In this document: in pieces, positions 39,923 to 50,000 of the stretch
Layout of the letters: each line of letters opens with the position of its first letter
Position numbering within the stretch: position 1 is the stretch's first letter
NCBI GenBank assembly: GCA_964444755.1
Contig: CAYUIF010000007.1
Location: 54,249-118,248, forward strand
DNA from: an uncultured Alphaproteobacteria bacterium
GTDB taxonomy: Bacteria; Electryoneota; RPQS01
Length of the DNA stretch: 64,000 nucleotides
Reading direction: 5' to 3'
Translations under genes and position numbers: made by a program
The notes under the pieces: model-generated
Database searches by the model: none
What the model saw: the letters and a program-made list of their open reading frames with translations, nothing else
What the model was told of the DNA's origin: nothing

Positions 39923-41452
39923 CTATCTTGTGTCAACAGCCGTAGCGGAATTTTCCGTATCTTCCGGAACCTGCTTCCAATAGGTGCGGAGCCGGATTTC
40001 AGCGATCCAAAAGGCACCGGGGTTGCGCCGCAGACGCTCGGTGATGTTGGTTTCGCCACCGGAAAAGTGATGATCCGAGATCCGCGCCAGCAGCGAATCA
40101 AGTCGAGTATCCGGGCGCTTGACATAGGATTCGACTAAAACGACGGACGCGGCCGTATCGATTTCCGCAGGAAATCGTTTGCCGTACTGCGGTGCAAGTA
40201 CTGTCACATTTGCGGGTTGCCGAAAATAGTAATTAAATACATCTTTCGTGTAGGGGGCGTATAAAACCACCGTGCCACCCATGCGTGTTTGTTCAGCAAC
40301 GGCTTCGGCCGTTGTCCGCCATGGATCTTTGTCCGCTAAAGCATAATATGGGTAGAGAACGTAGACAGAAAGCGCAAGAAAGACCGTTAAAACAGAATAC
40401 CGGACGTACCGCCCCAATAACGATAACGACCAGCCGATGAGGATCATCACCGCTGTCAGGGCAGGAATCGTGTAACGATCCACGTAAACGGGCGATGCAA
40501 CCAGCGATTCGAGCCACGGAACGACAACGAATCCCCCGATCACGATCAACAAAATATATATCTTCCGGCGATCCGATTTACGCCGCCAGCCGATCCATAG
40601 TCCCGCGAGAATGATCACGGCTGCTGTCATCCCCAGCGGAAATTGCATAAAGTAAGTATTGAATGTGTACAGCGGCGCAATCAGAGAAGGTTTGACAATC
40701 CAGGATGCTCTTCCGACACCGTGGATTTTTTCGATGATCGAGTTGGACTGCAAAAGCAGTTGCGGAACATAAAAAATCGCTGCGAGTACTCCGATGCGAA
40801 TGATCCGCCACGTTTCCGGTTTCGCCGCCGGAAAGGCCTCATCACTGCGCAGAACCAGCAACAGCAGCAAATGAATGGGCAGCAGCAGCGGCCCTAACGG
40901 CTGCGTGTAAAGTGCGAGAACCGTAAAGAACAGGTAGGCCGCAATCCGCCATCGGGTAATCCCCTTCAGAAGCCGCAGCAACGCCGCCAGTGAAAATGCG
41001 GTTGCAGCCAAAAACAGCGAATAAGGCCGGGCATCCTGCGAATAGAAGATCGCAAAGGGATTGACGGCCAGCAATAGGGCACTGAGTAACGCTGCATTTC
41101 GATCAAATACCAGTCGCGCAAACTGATAAACCGCTCCTACCGCGAGTATTCCGAAGATAACCGAGAGAAAACGCAGCGAAAATTCGGAAGTGCCAAAACC
41201 GCGGCACCACAACCACTCGGCGCAATAATAGGCAATCCCCTGTGTTTCGTGCCGCATCTCGGAGAGTAGCGCCATGAAGGTTCCGTGCGCCCGCCGGGCG
41301 GTGAACCCTTCATCAAGCCATAGACTTTCACTACCTAAGTCGAATATTCGCAGACCGGCGGCAAGCAGAAGAATCGCCAATAGGTAGTATCGGGAATGGT
41401 TCATAGTGACCGGAAGGACAAGTGATTCGAATAACTCGAACACATGACGCAA
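39923..41452 (-). CDS. GT39/ArnT family (PMT-like) membrane glycosyltransferase
   Basis: SLWLDEGF, SEFSLRFLS, FYSQDARPYSL, RYTIPAL, DPWR. Confidence 0.88.
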   Translation of the reverse strand: MRHVFELFESLVLPVTMNHSRYYLLAILLLAAGLRIFDLGSESLWLDEGFTARRAHGTFMALLSEMRHETQGIAYYCAEWLWCRGFGTSEFSLRFLSVIFGILAVGAVYQFARLVFDRNAALLSALLLAVNPFAIFYSQDARPYSLFLAATAFSLAALLRLLKGITRWRIAAYLFFTVLALYTQPLGPLLLPIHLLLLLVLRSDEAFPAAKPETWRIIRIGVLAAIFYVPQLLLQSNSIIEKIHGVGRASWIVKPSLIAPLYTFNTYFMQFPLGMTAAVIILAGLWIGWRRKSDRRKIYILLIVIGGFVVVPWLESLVASPVYVDRYTIPALTAVMILIGWSLSLLGRYVRYSVLTVFLALSVYVLYPYYALADKDPWRTTAEAVAEQTRMGGTVVLYAPYTKDVFNYYFRQPANVTVLAPQYGKRFPAEIDTAASVVLVESYVKRPDTRLDSLLARISDHHFSGGETNITERLRRNPGAFWIAEIRLRTYWKQVPEDTENSATAVDTR

Positions 41453-41686
41453 GATAGTCCGATCCTACCATAATTTCAAGCAGTAGGTGATAAAACACCA
41501 AGAAGATTAAGGAAATACATGAACCGATGACTTATTGCTGACTTGTCGCGAGTGAATAATCCAGAAAACAGCTTGCATTTACCGGAGATTGGAGGTATCT
41601 TTTTGCATAGTTTGTGGATGTTCGACTGCTGAAGTCTGCGCGGATCACATGTTAACCAACTTCAGCATATTCAGATATTAAGGAGA

Positions 41687-44600
41687 TTGTTTTCGATGTT
41701 CAGTCTTAAAACTCGGTCAAATCTGGGTAGTAGCCTGCAAATCTGGGTAGTGTGTCTGGCGGTATTATTCGGCCTTTCAATAATCAATCCGGCCAGCGCC
41801 CAAATCAGCGCCGGTGGTATTCCCCCATCTTTTGCCAAAACGCTGACGGCCGCGGTTCCGACCATCGCAATGCCCGCGATTGATGTGGCGGCCTATCTGG
41901 CGGAAGACGAAGCCGCCGGGAAGGATGTTGCCTATCGTTTCGGAGCACCCATTGAGGTCTCATACAACCTGAATAACTCTGGTACCTGGTCCGATCTGCC
42001 GGAAGGCGGCCGGGTTTGGCGGCTGCGCATCGAATCCAGCGGCGCTTATTCCATCGGCTTGCTCTATGATCAATGGTATATTCCCGAAGGCGGCGGACTG
42101 TTCATCTATAACGACGACCGCAGTCAGGTCATTGGAGCCTTCACGAGTTTCAACAACTGGACAGATGGCACGAACATCACGCAGCCGGTAGCTGGTGATG
42201 CTACGATTTTGGAATACTACGAACCGGCATCCGTTACTGGACAAGGTGTCCTCGCGATTTCCCGCGTGGTTCACGCTTATCGCAATTTATTCGGCAGAGG
42301 CAATCTGGATAATTACGGCGATTCCGGTTCGTGCAATAACAATGTGAATTGCCCGGAAGGAGCGGATTGGCAGCGCGAGAAGCGCGGTGTGGCTATGATT
42401 CTCTCCGGCGGATCCCGGATCTGCAGCGGTTCGCTGATTAACAACACGAACAACGATTACACACCCTATTTTCTCACTGCCAATCATTGTTTAGGCGGCG
42501 AGACATCGTGGGTGTTCATGTTCAACTATGAAAGTCCCGGTTGTACGAACCAGAACGGTCCGACCAATCAAACCGTCGCCAATGCCACACGCCGTGCGAC
42601 GGATACGCCGTCCGACTTTGCGCTGCTGCAGCTTTCGAGTTCGATTCCGCTCACATATAATCCGTACTTCAACGGCTGGAATCGCGTAGATTCCGCCGGC
42701 ACCAATTCAGTTGGCATCCACCATCCATCGGGCGACATCAAGAAGATCAGCTTTGATGACAATCCGCCGGTGAGCGATCGTTATTTAGGTTCCTCCGGGG
42801 TCGCGAACTCCCACTGGAAGATCGTGCGCTGGGATGACGGCACCACCGAAGGCGGCTCCTCCGGTTCGCCGCTGTTCGATCAGAATCATCGCATTATCGG
42901 CCAACTGCACGGCGGCTATGCATCCTGCACGAGCTTGACTCCCGATTGGTACGGAAAATTCCAAATGTCGTGGGCCTACGGCAGCAGCCCTTCCACCCGC
43001 CTGCGGGATTGGCTCGATCCGGGCAATCTGGATGTGATGGTGCTGGACGGCGTGGATCCCAATGTTACGAGCCGGATCGGCGGAACGGTGACCGGCCAGA
43101 ATGCGCTGCCGCTCGCCGGCGTTCGGGTGGGCGTAATTGGCGGAACGCGCGAAACCTATACCGATTCATCGGGCAACTACTTGCTGGGAATGGTCGAAGG
43201 AACTTACAACATCGAATTTACCAAGTTCGGTTATGAACGCGTGGTCGTCAATAACGTGGTGGTCATGGAAAATGACACGACATGGGTAGACGCAACGCTG
43301 AACGCCGTTCCGGAAGGCGTGCTGCGGGGCACGGTCGCCACACAAATCGGACAGGGTATTCAAGGGGCGCGGGTCTATATTCGCAACACTCCCTATGACA
43401 CGCTGACCACCGACGAGAACGGACAGTTCACCCTTGAACTGCCTGCCACCGATTTTGAAGTCTATGCGGTGGTGGTATTCAATGCCGACCCGGTAGTGGT
43501 TCTGGAAACCGATACGGTATTAACGATTGCCGCGGGCGATACGACCTTTGCCACGATTGAAATGTTCGTTGAATTCATCGAGCCGACTGATCCCGATGCT
43601 TATGGCTATCGCGGCTATGATCGCTACGACCGTGATCTGCCCGCCGATTACGAGTGGGTGGAACTCGATCCGCTATACGGCAACGAAGGCATCGAGTTCT
43701 TCTATCCGCATCAGGATTCGGCGATATTCATTCCGACGCCGTTCCCCATTTGTTTCTATGGCAACGAATCGGATACTCTGACCGTCAATGCCAACGGCTG
43801 GATGCTGCCGGGAGTGCATCATGAACCGGGTAATCGTAACTTCCCGATTCCTTACAATGCACCCACCGATCCGCCGGGTATCATCGCTCCCTTCTGGGGC
43901 GATATCCGCACCGGCTTAGGCGAGCAGCAATTTATGGAATATGACTCGGCGGGCGGTCGCTGGATTCTGGAATTCATCAATCAGCGGTTGGCATCGTCCA
44001 TGAGCCATTATCAGAATTGGGAAGTGCAATTCCTCGATCCGGCGTTCTATCCGACGCTCACCGGCGACTGCGAATTCCAATTCGTCTATGGCCAGATGGA
44101 CGGTATTTTAGGCAGCACCATCGGCATCGAAGCGCCTTCCGAGCAGACCGGAATTCAGATTGCCTATAACGGCGGTTTGAACAGCACGTGCTGGCCGATT
44201 GAAGACGGCGCGGCAATTCGCTTCACCACCGGGCACGCTGCCGAAACAGGCAGCATTGCCGGAACGTTGATTCTGCATCCCTCCACCGGCAATATCACGG
44301 GGGCGGTGGTTCGCACCGCCGGAGTTGAGATGTCTCCCAATATGGCGGGCGCGTTTTCATCCGATGCCATTCCCGCCTGTGCGGCCAGTGCATTGCTGGC
44401 GCTGCCCGGTTATGAACAGACCCGCTTGAACCATGTGCGGGTGGCGGCGGACTCGACTACGAACTTGACCATCGAAGCGTGGCGGCTCGATCCGCCCCGC
44501 GAGTTGGGTTCTTCAACCGCTGGAGATGTAGTAGGGCTATGGTGGCGAGTTCCGCTGTCCGTGGAAGACGCACCCAATCCCGACGTGCGCTACACGGTCT

Positions 44601-45043
44601 ATCGCGACGGCGAACTGATCAGCGAAATGGTGGCCGATACATTCTTTGTGGATGACAATTTCCCGGTGACGGAATCGGCCGTCTATACGGTTGTAGCCCA
44701 TTATCGTTGGGGAGTATCATTGCCTTCGGAAGGCTTAACGGTATCACTGGCAACTGATGATATTCAGACAGCCTTACCCACCGTGTTTGCGTTGAAGGCA
44801 AACTATCCCAATCCGTTCAATCCGACAACCACCATTGCCTTCGATCTGCCGCAGCGGAGCCAGGTGCGGCTGACGGTTTTCGATGTAACGGGCCGGGAAG
44901 TGGCAACGCTCACCGACCAAACCATGTCCGCCGGAAGCTATAGCGTGGTGTGGAATGCCGCCGGATTGCCCAGCGGCATGTATATGACGGTGATGGAAGC
45001 GGGCGATCACCGCTTCGTACAGAAGATGCTGCTTCTGAAATAG
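41687..45043 (+). CDS. Secreted lysyl-endopeptidase-like S1 serine protease with carboxypeptidase-regulatory-like, FN3 and T9SS type A domains
   Basis: Signal peptide, pro-domain, GDSGSCNNNVNC, TANHC, SDFALL, HHPSGD, GGSSGSP; tail ANYPNPFNP...QKMLLLK. Confidence 0.9.
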   Translation: MFSMFSLKTRSNLGSSLQIWVVCLAVLFGLSIINPASAQISAGGIPPSFAKTLTAAVPTIAMPAIDVAAYLAEDEAAGKDVAYRFGAPIEVSYNLNNSGTWSDLPEGGRVWRLRIESSGAYSIGLLYDQWYIPEGGGLFIYNDDRSQVIGAFTSFNNWTDGTNITQPVAGDATILEYYEPASVTGQGVLAISRVVHAYRNLFGRGNLDNYGDSGSCNNNVNCPEGADWQREKRGVAMILSGGSRICSGSLINNTNNDYTPYFLTANHCLGGETSWVFMFNYESPGCTNQNGPTNQTVANATRRATDTPSDFALLQLSSSIPLTYNPYFNGWNRVDSAGTNSVGIHHPSGDIKKISFDDNPPVSDRYLGSSGVANSHWKIVRWDDGTTEGGSSGSPLFDQNHRIIGQLHGGYASCTSLTPDWYGKFQMSWAYGSSPSTRLRDWLDPGNLDVMVLDGVDPNVTSRIGGTVTGQNALPLAGVRVGVIGGTRETYTDSSGNYLLGMVEGTYNIEFTKFGYERVVVNNVVVMENDTTWVDATLNAVPEGVLRGTVATQIGQGIQGARVYIRNTPYDTLTTDENGQFTLELPATDFEVYAVVVFNADPVVVLETDTVLTIAAGDTTFATIEMFVEFIEPTDPDAYGYRGYDRYDRDLPADYEWVELDPLYGNEGIEFFYPHQDSAIFIPTPFPICFYGNESDTLTVNANGWMLPGVHHEPGNRNFPIPYNAPTDPPGIIAPFWGDIRTGLGEQQFMEYDSAGGRWILEFINQRLASSMSHYQNWEVQFLDPAFYPTLTGDCEFQFVYGQMDGILGSTIGIEAPSEQTGIQIAYNGGLNSTCWPIEDGAAIRFTTGHAAETGSIAGTLILHPSTGNITGAVVRTAGVEMSPNMAGAFSSDAIPACAASALLALPGYEQTRLNHVRVAADSTTNLTIEAWRLDPPRELGSSTAGDVVGLWWRVPLSVEDAPNPDVRYTVYRDGELISEMVADTFFVDDNFPVTESAVYTVVAHYRWGVSLPSEGLTVSLATDDIQTALPTVFALKANYPNPFNPTTTIAFDLPQRSQVRLTVFDVTGREVATLTDQTMSAGSYSVVWNAAGLPSGMYMTVMEAGDHRFVQKMLLLK

Positions 45044-45063
45044 CCTTACAGTTCATTCGACAG

Positions 45064-45094
45064 AAAAACCTCGGCGCCAGCCGAGGTTTTTTTT
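45064..45094 (+). terminator. Intrinsic terminator
   Basis: AAAAACCTCGGC/GCCGAGGTTTTT plus T-run. Confidence 0.88.
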
Positions 45095-45133
45095 ATTCCG
45101 GTGAAGCGAGGATGCTCCGCTCGGCGAAAACAT

Positions 45134-45341
45134 GGGTGACTCTGGAGAGTCACCACCGGGAAAAACGATGGGGAGTGGTAAGCCGGGCAGGCTGAGAGCC
45201 TGCCGCGGCGAGAACAGTGTTCCGGGCACCCGAGGACGGGTGCCTTGGCGGCTTCGGTAGGTTGCTTGTAGCGGCGGCACGTGCCCCACGTGCCCCGCCT
45301 ACTGCGTACTGCCGTGCGGCACTACATCCGCCGTGGCGGAT
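45134..45341. repeat. REP-like palindrome cluster B
   Basis: 45134-45156 matches 14073-14095 (22/23); 45220-45249 is the reverse complement of 13693-13722 (27/30); GTAG...CTAC hairpin 45268-45302; ATCCGCCGTGGCGGAT 45326-45341. Confidence 0.8.
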
Positions 45342-45351
45342 TTCCCCAAGT

Positions 45352-46680
45352 TCACTTGGTGATGGTGATTGTCAATGTTGCTTTCTCGGTTTGGGATAGG
45401 CCAACAACGGCGAAATACTTGCCTGCAGGCAAGGGCGGCAGCCTGAGATCGCAGGAGCCGCTGCCCGCTTTTAGAGGAAGCACTGCCAGTCGTTGCCCAA
45501 GAATATTATAGAGAGTCACTTCGTTTGCGCTAACCGGCAGCCCGGATATAAAGACTCGATCCCGTGCCGGATTGGGAAATGTTATCAGCATCTGGGATGA
45601 TGCACTGGAAGCTCTTGCACCGACGGAAACTGTGTCTGCGATTGTGTAAGAGTAAATCCCTCCGATAGATGTGGTAAGCCACAGCTCTCGGTCGAGGGAC
45701 GACACGAGCGCGAGGACGTTGCTTCCCCCGATAGGCAGACCTTGGGCGAGTTCGAGCCAGCTTGCACCTCCGGAAGTCGAATGATATACGTGGGTGGTTA
45801 TCGCGGCGAATAATTCTCCCGGTGTCTGCGGGGATACTACAACTGCCTGACCGTGACCGAGATGCGGCGGGAATGTCGTATCTGGCTCGATCCAAGTTGC
45901 GCCCGTGTCGGGGGTGTAAACAAAGTTCAGGAACCTTAACACCCATATGCCATTGGGCTGAAAGGGGTCAGGAGCAATGTCGGCCACCGCATTAATATTA
46001 GGAGTCGCTCGGAACGACGATCCATTGTCGTCACTGATTTGCACTCCTTCAAGGTTATAGGAAGAGGCGTAAATCCGGTTTTCCACCAAAGAATCGTAGA
46101 AAACACGCATCAGGGTCAGCCACGGGTCCACATTGAACCAGCTCGCACCTGCGTTTGTAGTCTTATATGTCCAACCCTGTCCCATATCGCCCCGTGCACT
46201 GGCGATGACCTCGTTCGGATTGGTGGGATTGATGGCAGCGGCCACGACGGCAAAATTGTCGGGTCCACCGAGGGGCAGATTGCTGCTTCGGTTTTCCCAA
46301 TGGATTCCGCCATCATGGCTGCGAACAATACCTGCAGTACCATTTGCCAGCCATAGCGTGTCCGGATGATGAAGATCAATGTCTATGTCAAATACATTCG
46401 AGTGCCGGAATCCCAGCGTATCCCACGTCAGCCCATGGTTAGTGGTCACAAAGAGTCCACCCTCGCGCGTCGAGTCCCAGAAGACATCCAGTGCCGACGC
46501 ATAGATGGTATTCGGATTGGTTGGACTCACTTCGATATCGGTAATTTCCTCCGGTGCCAAACCCACATAAGTCCACTCGTTGATACCAGCGTTGACTTCA
46601 CTCGCAGCAAACCAATAGGAGAGACACAGAAATGTTAAAATCCCGAAGGAATATGCCTGTTGTCTATTGCTCATACACAT
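45352..46680 (-). CDS. Secreted BNR/Ycf48-like beta-propeller protein with T9SS type A C-terminal domain
   Basis: Asp-boxes TTNHGLTW, SHDGGIHW, TTNAGASW, SDDNGSSF, STSGGASW; tail TFPNPARD...YNILGQ...GKYFAVV. Confidence 0.82.
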   Translation of the reverse strand: MCMSNRQQAYSFGILTFLCLSYWFAASEVNAGINEWTYVGLAPEEITDIEVSPTNPNTIYASALDVFWDSTREGGLFVTTNHGLTWDTLGFRHSNVFDIDIDLHHPDTLWLANGTAGIVRSHDGGIHWENRSSNLPLGGPDNFAVVAAAINPTNPNEVIASARGDMGQGWTYKTTNAGASWFNVDPWLTLMRVFYDSLVENRIYASSYNLEGVQISDDNGSSFRATPNINAVADIAPDPFQPNGIWVLRFLNFVYTPDTGATWIEPDTTFPPHLGHGQAVVVSPQTPGELFAAITTHVYHSTSGGASWLELAQGLPIGGSNVLALVSSLDRELWLTTSIGGIYSYTIADTVSVGARASSASSQMLITFPNPARDRVFISGLPVSANEVTLYNILGQRLAVLPLKAGSGSCDLRLPPLPAGKYFAVVGLSQTEKATLTITITK

Positions 46681-46818
46681 AGTACTCTAAATGGCATGGC
46701 CTCGCCACCACCCGGCAGCAAGGCTTGAGAATTCTCTCTATAATTATAGGATTCCTCATAGCATCGCAATTAGTTTCAATAAGAATATAGTATCGGGAAA
46801 CAAAGAAGTCAACAAAGA

Positions 46819-46983
46819 TTCCGGGCAGATCAGGGGATCTGCCTCAGTGAAAAGCCCGGCAAGCCGGGCGCTACCCAAAAAGGGCATAGCACGCTGTGCC
46901 CCTACGGGAACGCGGCGGCATGTGAAGCCACATGCTGCCGCGCCAATCGCGGGCGGGTTCCACTGCATTCAACCCGCCCCTAC
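46819..46983. repeat. REP-like palindrome cluster C
   Basis: 46819-46845 matches 14023-14048 with one indel; minus-strand GTAGGGGCACAGCGTGCTATGCCC and GTAGGGGCGGGTT...AACCCGCCC hairpins. Confidence 0.8.
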
Positions 46984-47019
46984 CCAGATCCGGCCATAAT
47001 GAATAATGGCCCTTCTCAA

Positions 47020-47055
47020 AAACAAACACCCCGGCATAAACCGGGGTGTTTGTTT
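47020..47055 (-). terminator. Intrinsic terminator of the second protease gene
   Basis: 15-bp stem AAACAAACACCCCGG/CCGGGGTGTTTGTTT. Confidence 0.85.
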
Positions 47056-47073
47056 AGACGATAATTCGGTCGT

Positions 47074-50000
47074 TTAGGGCGTAGTGGATGAATAAACGAC
47101 GTAGAACTTGATGCCTTCGCCAACGGCGCCGGAATCGGTAAAGGTGGTTTCGTCGGCGGTGCCTTCAAACGTGGTGTACGGACCTTCCGCGACAGTGGAA
47201 CTGTATACGCGGTAATACGGCGCGCCGGTATCGTTCCAATGCAGAATGATGTCGTTGCCGCTAACCGCCGCCACCACTTCCGGGGCACTCATGGGGAAGC
47301 CGCTGACACGAATCAGGCGATTGCCCGGCCGCGCGGAACTGTGAGCCGCCAGTTCGTCTACCCACATTTCCTCGCACGGATCGTAGACCACCGACCGCCC
47401 CGCCCGCACGCTGGAGGTATCGTGCAGGAACGATTCGTACTTGCCGATCTCGGGATTGGAAACCGCCACATAAAAATCGTCTTCCAAAATCAACGGATCA
47501 CCGGCTACATCGCGGAACAGCACGGTTGCCCATGCTGCCGGATCAGCCATCAAACCGCCGATGACATTGCCGACACTGCCGATGGTCTTGGTCATCACCA
47601 ACGTGCCGGGCATATTGCCGACACCGTCCGCCAAGTATAATTCAATCGTAATCGGAGAATGCGTGGAGTCAGGATTGACCGCCGAAACGCCGATGCGGCC
47701 TTCGCATAGCATGTACGGCATGGTTCCGGCATCGAACTTCACCGCCCAGCGATAATCCACCGCATACGACCAGTTGCTGAGTTCAGCCACACCGTCGTCG
47801 TAGACTTGCTCGGTACCGCAGGCTTCGCCGACTTCAAACGTGTAAACATCAGTCGTCGCCGTCAAACCGCCGGCGTCAATCGTCCGCAGGAAATAATCGT
47901 ACTTCCCGGCGGTCAAGGAACTGATCGTGGCCGCGTACTCATCGGGATAGCCCGTGGCGCTTAAGGCGAGCGAATCGTAGGTGGCCGATGTGGTCAGCTT
48001 GTACACAAAGCGCGTCACAAAGCCGCCGAAATCATCGTAAACCATCGCGGTAACGGTGAAGGGACCGGTCTCTTGATCATCCAATTGATCATGCAGCAGA
48101 ACGGGCGTTTGATTAGCCGGGAGAATCGTGAAATTCGCATCCGATTCGTCCGTGGCCACCACATAGCTTACGCTGGAAACACGCACGCGGGCGGTGCTGC
48201 TGACGGGCAGGTTTACCAGCCACGGATATAGTCCGGTATTGGAGATGCCGCCGGCCAACACTTCCCACGTGCCGCCGGGATAGCTGCGATTCAACTCCAC
48301 ATTGACATTGCCGGATACGTTCTGCGAAGTCCACGTGATGTTATGAGTCGTACCGTCCACCCACGCCTCGCCGCCGTTGGGAGATGTGACCGTAATCGTG
48401 CGTTCGGCAATCGTGAAATTGGCGTTGGAGACGTCGCTCACGGTCGTGTGGGTCACTCCACTCACGCGAATGCGCGCCGCCGACGTGACGGGAGTGGACA
48501 CGGTCCATGAATGGGAACCGTCATCAGCCGTACTGGAAATGATCGTTTCCCACGCGCCGCCGGAGTAGCTGCGATTGAGTTCGATCTTAACATTTTCCGT
48601 AAGATACTGCGACGTCCACGTGATGGTGCCGATATCGCCCGCATACCACGTTTCGCCGCCGTTGGGAGCCGTCACCGTAATTGAACGGGCGGCAATGGTA
48701 AAGTTGGCATTGGAAATATCGGTCACGGTGGTTTGCGTCACGCCGCTGATCCGCACCCGCGCCGCCGTGGTCGTCGGCGACGTCACCGTCCACGCGTAAG
48801 AGCCGTCATTGGCCGTGCTGGCGACGATGGTTTCCCACGTTCCGCCGGAATAGCTGCGGTTGATTTCGATCTTCACATTTTCCGAAATATTCTGCGACGT
48901 CCACGTGATGTTGTAGGAATCATCCACCAGCATGGTTTCGCCGCCATTGGGCGCGGTAACGGTAATGGAAGCGACCGAGCCGTCCAAACCGTCCAGCGTG
49001 TTGGGAGCGGCATTATCGGGATCGAGCCAGTCCTTCAGACGGGTCGCAGCCGTCGAACCGTAATCCCAAGACATGGAAAACTTGCCGTACCAGTCGGCGG
49101 TCAGGCTTGTACACGACGCATATCCGCCGTGAAGCTGCCCGGTGATGCGATGGTTTTGATCGAACAGCGGCGAGCCGGAGGAGCCGCCTTCGGTCGTGCC
49201 GTCATCCCACTGCACGATTTTCCAATGCGAATTGGCAACTCCGGACGTACCCAAATAGCGATCACTCACCGCTGCATTGTTATCGAAACTGATCTTCTTG
49301 ATATCGCCCGACGGATGGTGGATGCCAACTGAACTGGTGGCGGCGGTGTTCACGCGGTTCCAGCCGTTGAAAAAAGGATTGTAGCTGGACGGCACATTGG
49401 AACCCAGTTGCAGCAACGCGAAGTCCGATGCCGTATTCGTCGCGCGCAGGGTGGCATTGGCTACGGTCTGTGTCGTGGGGCCGTTGGCGTTGGTACACGT
49501 GGGACTTTCATAGTTGAACATGAATACCCACGACGTCTCGCCGCCCAGGCAGTGATTGGCCGTTAAAAAATAGGGTGTTTGATCCTGCCGCACGTTGTTA
49601 ACAAGCGATCCCGAACAGATGCGATAGCCGCCGTCGAGAATCATCGCGACGCCGCGTTTCTGAGTCTGCCAGGTGGCGCCTTCCGGACAGTTCACATTAT
49701 TGTTGCAGGAACCAGAATCGCCATAGTTGTCCAAATTCCCATACCCGAACAGATTCCGGTAGGCGTGCACCACTCGCGAAATCGAAAGAACGCCTTGTCC
49801 GCGGACGGTTGCAGGTTCGTAATATTCGAGGGTTACACCGTCGCCCGGCACCGGCTGCGTGATATTCGTTCCATCCACCCAGTTGTTGAAACTGGTAAAA
49901 GCTCCGATGACAAAACTGCGGTCGTCATTATAAATGAACAGATCCGCGCCTTCGGGAATGTACCACTGGTCGTAGGTGAAACCAATAGAATAGGCTCCCG

